From the NCBI RefSeq assembly GCF_006345805.1, contig NW_021834656.1, positions 1 to 53,202 of the forward strand: a stretch of 53,202 bases of DNA, in the 5' to 3' direction. The notes under the pieces were generated by a model, which searched no databases, was not told the origin of the DNA, and saw only the letters and a program-made list of their open reading frames with translations. Every line of letters begins with the position of its first letter. The first letter of the stretch is position 1. A program made the translations under genes and the position numbers. This document shows, piece by piece, positions 1 to 9,262 of the stretch. Origin of the DNA: Octopus sinensis (Eukaryota).

Positions 1-201
1 CACCACCACCACCACCCCACCACCACTACCACCACCACCATCACCACCGCACTCACAGCACCATCACCAGCAACCGTACCACCTTACATCACTACAACGG
101 TCACCACTACCATCATCACAGCCACCACTCACCACCTTCATCGCAACAAGACGAAGAGCATAAAGCTTCCATCGCAAGAACCACTACCACTACTACTACT
201 A

Positions 202-238
<37 letters not shown>

Positions 239-730
239 GCTGCTGCTGCTGTTGCTACTGCTGCTGCTGCTACTACTATCACCCCCACTACCACCACCAC
301 AATCGCTACCATCGCTACCGCTATCACTACCATCGTCACCACCACCGGCGCCGCCGCCGCCACTACCACCACTACCACTACCACCACCACCACCACCACC
401 ACCACCACCACCACCACCACTACTACTACCGCCACCAATGTAAACAACAATCTATCCCACGGGCAAACAAATATGGTGCACCTCTGCAACACAATGCACT
501 TTATTGCAACACATTTTAACATGTGTTGCAATAAAATGTTAGCCAAAACGCAGAAGAATTCTTGGCGCGGAAAACAAATCCCCCAACAGCATTACCATAT
601 ACACCACCACCACCATAATCATCCATCACTACCACCAGCCCCATCACAGTCATCCTTTCACCTCCAACATCGCCATTACTCGCACCATCGATAACACCCT
701 CACCACCACCACCACCACAACCACCACACA
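1..730. repeat. Low-complexity trinucleotide tract (CAC/TAC/CAT/TGC)n
   Basis: Directly visible imperfect CAC, TAC and TGC runs; ORFs here are poly-V, poly-P and poly-H artefacts. Confidence 0.95.
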
Positions 731-1050
731 GTTTTTATTTTGCTGATCTGACAGTTTTTCCCTTAGTTTTCCTGGTCCTTAGTTTTTTCCTAAGTGCATT
801 GTCTGTCCCCTAAAATACATAAAACCCATCCATAAGTTGACAGATCAGCTTCTCTGAGACTTTGAGACTCCCTTTCAGGGAATTACAATGGAAATTCTTG
901 TTGCACAAAAGTAAGCAAACATTGCATTGCTACAAATTATAACGCAATTGTGGTCCTCCGTCGTTTGGCAAAGAGGATTCGCTTGTTCGATCAAGCGAAT
1001 TATCAACTCATTCTATTAATGTATTCAACACACAAGTGTGAAACATTCTC

Positions 1051-1280
1051 TTTTATCATTTATTTGTTTTCAGTCACTGGGATGCGGCCTTGCTGGGGCA
1101 CTGTCACGAATGTGTTTAGATGAGTAAAACACTGCCGATATTTATATTTCTTTTTTTAATTTTTTTTAGTCTACTTCTTGTTCTACAGGTCCGATTCGCC
1201 GAACCGCTGGATTAGAGGGACGTAAAAAAAACAACTCTGCTGGTCAAGCGGTGAAGGACAAACATAAAAACACACAAAAC
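1051..1280 (-). mobile_element. Degenerate 3' half of SINE family A (older variant)
   Basis: TTTCAGTCA..GCGGCC.TGCTGGGGCAC, GCCGAACCGCT and GGACGTAAA..TGGTCAAGCGGTG match the family A tail seen at 6072-6480 and 26227-26694. Confidence 0.6.
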
Positions 1281-1344
1281 ATATATAAATATGTATACAT
1301 ATACATATACAAATATATATACATACATATGTACATATATATAT

Positions 1345-1384
<40 letters not shown>

Positions 1385-1617
1385 ATATATATATATATGT
1401 ATATTTACCGTTGATGACGAGAAAATTCCTTGTGAATTAACTCAGAAATCGGACCGATTCGGTAATAACGGAATTTTTAAGAAATTTCTGTCAGCTTGCT
1501 TCGAGACGCGTGCTTTTAGTGACGAACTATTTGTGGTTATTGGCGATTTAAAGTCTATTTCTCCGCATAATTGGCATAGGAATTTTTTCTTTTGCTCTCT
1601 CTCCCTCTCTCTCTCTT

Positions 1618-1692
<75 letters not shown>

Positions 1693-1694
1693 TT

Positions 1695-1885
1695 AGCTCC
1701 TACACGCATTTTTTCCCTCCTTGTTTCTCTCCTTGTTTTTTTTTTTTTGTGTATCTTTCTGTCGAAGAGCGTAGGCTCGAAACGTAAAAGACTTGTTCTA
1801 TTCCTATTTCTGAGCGCCATACTAATACATTTGTTTGTGTGTACTCCACCTGCCTTCGTCTTTTGTTTATTTTCGTAAACCTTCC
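1695..1885 (+). mobile_element. Short repeat resembling a Penelope-like-element terminal segment; contains a hammerhead-like motif
   Basis: Homologous to 7285-7470 and 8810-8995 (shared CGAAACGT/CAT block followed by TGAGCG(C/T)CA..TAATAC..TTGT). Confidence 0.55.
1754..1791 (+). ncRNA. Minimal type I hammerhead-ribozyme-like fold with variant core
   Basis: UCUUU-CUGUCGA-A-GAGC(GUAG)GCUC-GAA-ACGU-A-AAAGA: 5-bp stem I, 4-bp stem II, palindromic ACGU stem III, GUA cleavage triplet; core position 6 is U instead of A. Confidence 0.55.
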
Positions 1886-1887
1886 CG

Positions 1888-1925
<38 letters not shown>

Positions 1926-2068
1926 AAGACTGAGTTTCCCATCAACGGAGTTTTGTTTCGTGGGATTTTTTTTCTTTTCCAAGTTATTTCGAATGCTTTC
2001 AACGAATGTGACATCGACATAACGCGTAAACAGTTCCTTTCCCCGGAAAAGAAAAGACCTGGCAGCAG

Positions 2069-2155
2069 TTTCTTGCACGCCTTGCTACCACGTAACAGAT
2101 ATTTCGGGTCCTTTATCGCAAATAACTGTTACGTGGTAGCAGGGCGTGCTAGAAA
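2069..2155 (+). ncRNA. Long hairpin, pre-miRNA-like or tiny foldback element
   Basis: Arms 2069-2098 and 2126-2155 pair over 30 bp with one mismatch and one G-U; pairing continues (TATTT/AAATA, CG/CG) to a loop of about 8-10 nt. Confidence 0.4.
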
Positions 2156-2300
2156 TAACAACCAAATGTTTGGAGTTGACATAAGTTGAATGCACTCGAA
2201 AAAATCTTTGTAATGGTATCCCCTTGGGGCCATCTTTCACTTTGGCTCTCAAAACTGTCACTTTGGCTCTCCGAGCTATCATCCAGATCAGCTGGTTTTA

Positions 2301-3226
2301 TTCGTTAATTTCCGTAAAAAAAATTATGTATATATTTTTGTTTTAAAGTGAAAGAGAGGAGAAACTGAAAGGCATATGAACGTGTATATCAAATGGTCAT
2401 GTGTATGTGTGTGTGTGCGTGTGTTTGTATGTGTGTGTGTGTGTGTGTGTTTGTGTGTGTGCGCGCGTGTGTGTGCGTGTGTGTGAGAGAAACCACTTAC
2501 ACGTACATGGGAACACACACGTTCACTCACTCATTCTCTCTCTCCCACACACACACACACATACAGGCATAAATTCAAAATAGATGAGGAGTGGCTGCGT
2601 AGTAAGTATCTTGCTTACGAACCACATGGTCCCGGGTTCAGTCCCACTGCGTGGCACCTTCGGTAGGTGACTTCTATAGCCTCGGGCAGACCAAAGCTTT
2701 GTGAGTGGACTTGGTAGACGGAAACTGAAAGGAGCTCGTCGTATATATGTATATATATTATATATATACATATAATGTGTGTGTGTGTGCATACGTTTGT
2801 GAGTCTGTGTTTGTCCCCCCTAACATCGCTTGACAACCGATGCTGGTTTGTTTACATCCCCGTAACTTAGCGGTTTGGCAAAAGAGACCGATAGAATAAG
2901 TACTAGGCTTACAAAGAATAAGTCCTGGGGTCGATTTGCTCGACTACAAGCGGTACTCCAGCATGGCCACAGTCAAATGACTGAAACAAGTAAAAGAGTA
3001 TATGTATTGATATATGTATGTATACATGTCAACACACCCCGTCACTCACTCTCTCTCTCTCCCTCTGTCTCTTCCTCTCTCCCTTTTTCTCTCTCTCATT
3101 TTCAATCTCTCTTTCACACACAAACGTCCATTTCATACACACGTACATACATCTTTCACTTTCTCCTCTCTTTCACTTTAAAACAAATGTAAATAAAAAA
3201 GAAAAAAATTTACGGAAATTAACGAA
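2301..3226. mobile_element. Foldback/MITE-like element with ~95-bp imperfect inverted arms and a nested SINE
   Basis: 2301-2396 (TTCGTTAATTTCCGTAAA...TTGTTTTAAAGTGAAAGAGAGGAGAAA) is the reverse complement of 3128-3226; no TSD identified. Confidence 0.6.
2587..3000 (+). mobile_element. tRNA-derived SINE family A, full length
   Basis: A-box-like TGGCTGCGTAGT, B-box-like GGTTCAGTCCC, central GTGAGTGGACTTGGTAGACGGAAACTG, internal (TA)n/(TG)n, tail ATGACTGAAACAAGTAAAAGAGTA; multiple copies in the window. Confidence 0.9.
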
Positions 3227-4254
3227 CTCCGGAAAAAAGCGAAAGATCACCATTCGCTTGAAAATAATGAAAAAAGCATTAAAATATTGTCTGTTTAAAA
3301 AAAGCTCAAATATAAATACTTACTGTACAAACAACTTTTTTGAAATAACATCCAGTTCAAAATATTTCTAAATAATTAAAATTTTGTGTACGTCAAAAAT
3401 TCGACGTTTTTTTATTTTCTCAGACAGTGCGAAGTCTATCTGTGTGTATATGTCACTGATAGCGGACGTGTATTTGTGTTGATTGACACGCCATGACATT
3501 CATTATATGAGTGTTTATTCTGTATGTGTGTATGTGTATTGATGTCACAGAAGTCATGTTTTTATTTTCGCCAAGAAATAACAAACATTGGGTTTAATCG
3601 TTTTCATTTATAAATAGAGGTCAATATAGCACAAAAATGTGTACTGCACTACCGAAGGTAAGTATGAAAATAAAAATGGAAAAAATTTAGTATACTATTT
3701 CTGAAATATTTCGGTTACACAGAAACATCCTAAGAGTTTTAGTATTATTGATACACACACACACACACACACGCATATATATATATATATATATATACAT
3801 GCAGTTTCTGTCTGCCAAATACACTCAAAGGGCATTGATTGTCTTGTACTGTAGTAAAACGCTTACCCAAACTGTGTATTGGGGGAGAGGACCTGAAACC
3901 GCATGGTTGCAAAGCCACAACGCGCCTTAACATAATTCTCAGACACATACATTCATGTATGTAAGTGTATGTTCTTCATATGATATATGTATAGGCTTTA
4001 CTTCACTTGTTCGTCTATGCATGCATGTATGTATATATGTATGTATATCTATGTTTGTGTATATATATGTATATATATATATATTTAAATATTCATGTGT
4101 ATTTATATATATATATATATGTATATACATACATATATATATATACATGTTTGTGTGTATGATATATCTTTTGCGTAAATGTGTGTATATGAGTATATAT
4201 ATATATATATAATATATATATATTATATATAATATATATATATACAAAACCGTA

Positions 4255-5870
4255 GGTAAGACTGGAACAATGCGAAATAAACCCAAGGTAAATCATAAGA
4301 AAACGGGCATATGAATCGATGGTGACTTAGCCTGCACTCAATATTTTAGGGTTATGTCTCCCTCTTCAGGAATTACCGAATGTGGCAGATGTACATGTGT
4401 GTGAGTATGTGGGAAGTAGATATGCGCACGAGACTGTTGTTATAGCAACCAGCTAGCATCATGTAGCTCTCTTCTGTTGTTGATAGTCGGCTTCCGTTAG
4501 TCTATTAATATGGTTTCGGAGATTCTAAGGTTGCCTCTGTTGCGCTGTGTTGCCCTGATGTGCACTGTGAACTCTCGGGTCTAGCATTTTCGTAGATATT
4601 TCTTCGCGGAAGTGTCTCTCTGCAATTTTTTTATGCGTATGTATAGTTTTGCTGTTGAGCTCCCTATGAAGGATGCACCACAGTTACCGTAGCTGACCTC
4701 GTGCACAACATAGATCCTCAGGCACATTTTGAGGTCCATTTTGAGGCAATTTGATAATGTGCACTCCTCGGTGTTCGTGTTCAGAACTTTTCTTAGGGAT
4801 GGGCCGGTGTGTATCACCTGTACGTTGCGTATTGCATGTTGTATCGCAGCAGTAGTTCTGTCATCAAAATGTGGTAGCTTTAGGAAGCACATGCCGTACT
4901 TGGGAGTATGAGAGTTCTTCCAGGATTTATTGATCCTGAAATTCTTTAGGTGCTGTTGTTTGGCTAATGATGGTTGGTAGCCATTCAGAGTTAGGTCCCC
5001 GAGGAACTGCTTGCGGTTGGTAACTTTGGCGGTCATTTCGCTGCATCTGCTGCTTATTCGTGCAATTTCGTTTCTCACGCATATATATGTCTGGTGTATG
5101 TTGATAGCCTCGTCCCTGGAGACGTGTTGATAAGGATATCATCAACGTATCTTGAGAAGAATATGCATGTGCGGCAGGTGTATAGTGCTGTGCGTTCTAA
5201 CCAATCCATGTACGTGATGGCCAGCAGTCCTGAAAGGTTAGGTCCCATTGGTAGGCCAGAAGTCTGTTTGTAAATCACACCTTTGTATTGGAAATAAGTT
5301 ATACAAACTATAATGGTTAGTAATTCTCATATGTCAGAAGGTGTGAGAGCGAAAAGCTGGAGGTTGATGGATGGGGAGGCAGGAGAAAACGAAAGAGAAA
5401 ATGGAGAGGAAGAGGTTACAGTGGAGAAGAAAGGAGATGAAGAAACAGGTAAGGAGGAAGAGGATGTGGGTGAGATAAGGATATGAAGGATGTCATGTGG
5501 TCCATAAGGATATCGACAGCCGGGAGGGCAGGTGCGGAGGTTTAAAGAGAAACTACGTATAAACTGAAAGGGTATTTGTTAGTTTTGAGTATGGAGGGAA
5601 AGATATCTTTGAGCCTTGTGAAGATTTCGTGTGGAACTGCTGACGTGTCCGGAAAATGCGTGTAATAAGAGCTTGAGAAGTTTAGAAAGGAGCCAAGAAA
5701 TTTTATAGAAAGGACGATTAATTCCTGATACTCTGGGCCTAATTTTAATCTTAGGTCCGGGTTTGTGGGTTTTTTATTAGATGATAGAAGGATCGAAGCG
5801 TAGTGTTTTTGGATATGTAGTTAAGTCTAGTCTTCTTAGAGAATTTTCTCTGGTGAAAAATGCGAAGAGG
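4255..5870 (-). mobile_element. Penelope-like retroelement remnant (RT plus GIY-YIG endonuclease), decayed
   Basis: Minus-strand translation gives PLE RT motifs FYHLIK(fs)THKPG..IRPRVSGIN (~5790-5710), YPFSLYVVSL*TS (~5575-5535), YFQYKGVIYKQTSGLPMG..LS..LA and RYVDDI (5300-5140), then LTLNGY and YVVHEVSYGNCGASFIGS..KLYIRI (GIY-YIG-like, ~4716-4635). Contains stops and frameshifts. Confidence 0.9.
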
Positions 5871-6071
5871 GGGGGAAATTACAATTTTGAAAACAAAATT
5901 TCTGGCCAAAATCATATTAACCTCTTTTTAATCCATGAAACAGTACATAGTTTGTGATCCTTCTTAATAGCATAAATTACTTTCATGCAAATCGTCCTCC
6001 CACACATGTATGTATGCACTAATGTATATATGTATCATGTAAATATATATATATATATAATATATATATAT

Positions 6072-6480
6072 ACTCTTTTACTCTTTTACTCTTTTACTTG
6101 TTTCAGTCATTTGACGGCCATGCTGGAGCACCGCCTTTAGTCGAGCAAATCGACCCCGGGACTTATTCTTTGTAAGCCCAGTACTTATTCTATCGGTCTA
6201 TTTGCCGAACCGCTAAGTGACGGGGACGTAAACACACCAACATCGGTTGTCAAGCAATGCTAGGGGGACAAACACAGACACACAAACACATATATATATA
6301 TATATACACATATATACGACAGGCTTCTTTGAGTTTCCATCTACCAAATCCACTCACAAGGCATTGGTCGGCCCGGGGCCATAGCAGAAGACACTTGCCC
6401 AAGATGCCACGCAGTGGGACTGAACCCGGAACCATGTGGTTGGTTAGCAAGCTACTTACCACACAGCCACTCCTACGCCT
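6072..6480 (-). mobile_element. tRNA-derived SINE family A, full length
   Basis: Reverse complement starts AGGCGTAGGAGTGGCTGTGTGGTAAG..GGTTCAGTCCC and ends in the (AAAAGAGT)3 tail; internal (TA)n. Confidence 0.92.
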
Positions 6481-6507
6481 ATATATATATATATATATAC
6501 ACATACA

Positions 6508-6539
<32 letters not shown>

Positions 6540-7016
6540 CATATATATATATATAAACATTTCAATTCATATATACATATATATGAATACATATATATTT
6601 ACATACATAATTAAACACACATGTGGGTATATATATATATATATACATAATACATACATACATTCGTGCATACATACATACACACATGCATAATACATAC
6701 CATAATGCATGCATACATACATACATATATACATACATGCCCGCATAATACACACATACGTATGTGTCGATATGTTTGTGTACACCGAGTTGTTATCTTT
6801 CCCTTCTTTCGTTTCGTTTATTTTACTCGTATCTAATGCGGGTGGCGAATACAAACATGTAGCCCGTTATGTGTGTTGTCTTGGAATTTCAAATGTTATG
6901 CATGCGTAAATAAATATTGACATAGGCCTATCATGTAACCTATACCTGTATGTATATGCATTTACAGGCTTTCTCACTTTTTTCCTTATATATATATGCC
7001 TCTCTCTCTCTGTACA

Positions 7017-7056
<40 letters not shown>

Positions 7057-7284
7057 ACACACATATACACTCGTATGTATGCATGTATATATTTTGAGTG
7101 TTTTATATGTCAAGAGATGAATTTGAGCAATATTGAATTCAAATGAGCCCCAACTGGATGTAGTTAATACGTGTGATGGATTTTGCAAACATTTCCACAC
7201 CGCTCTATTTGTGTGTGTAATTGTATATGTGTGTATTTGTATGTTTGTGTGTGCGTGTGCGTGCATGCGTGTTTAGACACACCG

Positions 7285-7470
7285 CTTAAATCCACAAGTC
7301 TTTTTTTCTCATTCTCTCTCTGTTTATTTTCCCTTATTCCTTTCTGTTGAAAGGCATAGGTTAGAAACGTAAAAGACTTTTTTATTTACCCGAGCGTCAA
7401 ACTAATACACTTGCTTGTTATTCATACACATATCTTCGTCATTTGTTTTTCTATAAATTTCAACTATATA
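7285..7470 (+). mobile_element. Degenerate copy of the 1695-1885 PLE-terminus-like repeat
   Basis: TTTCTGTTGAAAGGCATAGGTTAGAAACGTAAAAGACTT...GAGCGTCAAACTAATACAC aligns with 1756-1830. Confidence 0.55.
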
Positions 7471-7511
7471 TATATAATGTATGTATGTATGTATGTACTG
7501 ATATGTTCATA

Positions 7512-7603
7512 TATATTACTTCGGCAGTACATATATTATAAGTGGTATGATACAGAGAAGATTAGCAAGGATGGTACGCAAATTCGTGAAGCATTCCATA
7601 TTT
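7512..7603 (+). pseudogene. U6: U6 snRNA retropseudogene with a 13-nt internal deletion
   Basis: CTTCGGCAGTACATATATTATAAGTGGTATGATACAGAGAAGATTAGC then AAGGATGGTACGCAAATTCGTGAAGCATTCCATATTT. By manual comparison this is 76/85 identical to the canonical metazoan U6 as I recall it; the ACAGAGA box is at 7552-7558, and ATGGCCCCTGCGC is deleted between two GCA microhomologies. Confidence 0.92.
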
Positions 7604-7671
7604 GAAATTGAGGCGGTGATCCAGCATGGCCACAGTCACATGACTGAAACAAGTTAAAGTATAAAAGAATA
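7604..7671 (+). mobile_element. 3' tail of SINE family A (or its partner LINE) fused directly to the U6 copy
   Basis: AGGCGGTGATCCAGCATGGCCACAGTCACATGACTGAAACAAG matches family A ends at 2949-2990 and 19910-19955. Confidence 0.85.
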
Positions 7672-7739
7672 AATGCATGTATAGATGTATCTGTAAATCT
7701 GTGTTCTTGATGTGAAATACTTATGAGCCTTTCTTCACA

Positions 7740-7771
7740 TCTATGTATATGTATGTACGTGCGTACGTATG

Positions 7772-7805
<34 letters not shown>

Positions 7806-7925
7806 TGTATGTATGTATGTATGTATGTATGTATGTATGTATGTATGCATGTATGTGTGTATGTATGTATGTATGTATGCATGTATGTGTATATGCATGT
7901 ATGTATGTGTGTATGTGTGCATGTA
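7740..7925. repeat. (ATGT)n tetranucleotide microsatellite
   Basis: Directly visible; similar tracts at 12517-12665, 17220-17435, 28818-28895, 29250-29372 and 38822-39060. Confidence 0.95.
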
Positions 7926-8691
7926 CTTTACCTATCAATCTATCTATCAATATATGTATTTGCATATAAATAGACACGCATATGTAATATATATATATAT
8001 GTACATACTTTTACACACAAACACACACACATATATTATATATACATATACATACACACACACACATAAATACGTATATGTACACGTGTGTATATATGAA
8101 GTTATGTGTATAGAATAAAATCATTGAATGTTCGACCGACATACAGACAGAGAGACCGGCAGACAGAGAGATAGATAGATTATAAGAATTTACGGAGTAT
8201 TTATCAAGTACATACGGTATACTCATTATCTCGAGTGATATTTCGATTGATATTTCACCTCAATAGCCGCTGTTGAACTTAAAACAAATTACGGTTCTTG
8301 ACATCATGAGTTGGCGGCATAGAAACCAACAGGAAATGGGCCAAAGATCGAAGAGATCTCATTCCACATTACCAGAGATAGAATAAATGTGTTGCAGAGA
8401 CAGTGAAATTTCTATTGAGAAAGTTTAATAAATTAGAGTAGCATTACAATTTTCAATAGTTGTAGTTGTCTATAAGGTTTTATATGGATAGGTTCGTATT
8501 AATTCATCGAATATGCGTATGAATATCTACGTATGTATATACTTGCATATTATTATCAATTGTATATGCGCTTATTCAAATTAAATATGATCAATGTATC
8601 AAGAAATGCATGAGCGTGTAAGTGTACCACACACAACACACACACACACCACACACATTGATATATGTACAGGTATATGTATATACATATG

Positions 8692-8735
<44 letters not shown>

Positions 8736-8809
8736 TATATATAATTCATATAGACATGTGTATGAATGGACAGAAGTTGCTTGTGTGTGAGAGCTGTCTA
8801 CGAATGCGA

Positions 8810-8995
8810 TTTTTTTCCTCTGTCTTCCCTTCTCTGGATCTTTCTTTCTCCTATGTTTCCGACGAAGAGCTCTGCTCGAAACATCAAACCCTCCTTCTTT
8901 CCTTCTTTCCTGAGCGTCAAATAATACTATATTTGTTCCACGTCCTCGCGTTGTTGTGTTTTTTTTGTGCTTTCTTGTTTGGATTAACTTTGTTT
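8810..8995 (+). mobile_element. PLE-terminus-like repeat (second subfamily) with hammerhead-like motif
   Basis: CCGACGAAGAGCTCTGCTCGAAACATCAAAC followed by TGAGCGTCAAATAATACTATATTTGTT, parallel to 1759-1835. Confidence 0.55.
8855..8889 (+). ncRNA. Minimal type I hammerhead-like fold, mutated core
   Basis: GUUU-CCGACGA-A-GAGC(UCU)GCUC-GAA-ACAU-C-AAAC: stem I GUUU/AAAC, stem II GAGC/GCUC; U4 is C, and ACGU is ACAU (consistent with CpG decay). Confidence 0.5.
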
Positions 8996-9262
8996 ATATA
9001 TATATGTATTCCATCGAAAAATGCGAGCATGAAAAGTTATAATCTTATAATCTTAAGATTATAAACCTGGAGAAGCACATATGATAAGCTATTACTTTTA
9101 ATAAAGTAAAGAATAAGAAACCTTTTACTTAAAATATTGCAGCAAAGAATGCCAGTTCTTCTAATTATCACTCTTTACAGTTCTTATCTTTTAAATTTTT
9201 TGTACAAAACTGTTCAGCTGATTTGTAAGTTTGTCTAATTAGTTGCTTTTTTCTGTATTTAA

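Noticed and set aside
742-890. 9-bp inverted repeat GCTGATCTG/CAGATCAGC plus CTCCCTTTCAGGGAATTAC resembling the PLE terminus at 4358-4376
   Set aside because: Too short to establish homology, and I could not fold a hammerhead core (no GAAA, no NUH site).
1251-1787. 178-aa ORF with a unique middle (VDDEKIPCELTQKSDRFG...)
   Set aside because: It starts and ends in microsatellites, the unique 55-aa part matches no family I recognise, and it has no clear splice sites.
2237-2271. 14-bp direct repeat TCACTTTGGCTCTC twice, 21 bp apart
   Set aside because: A single short tandem duplication with no further structure.
7512-7603. Functional U6 snRNA gene
   Set aside because: 13-nt deletion of the internal stem-loop, several substitutions, only three terminal T, fused SINE tail, and upstream sequence is (ATGT)n rather than a recognisable PSE/TATA promoter.
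9168-9231. Apparent micro-exon (TTTACAG ... GTAAGT) with an open frame
   Set aside because: It lies inside the foldback element, the donor context is weak (TT|GT), the peptide is low-information, and no partner exons were found.
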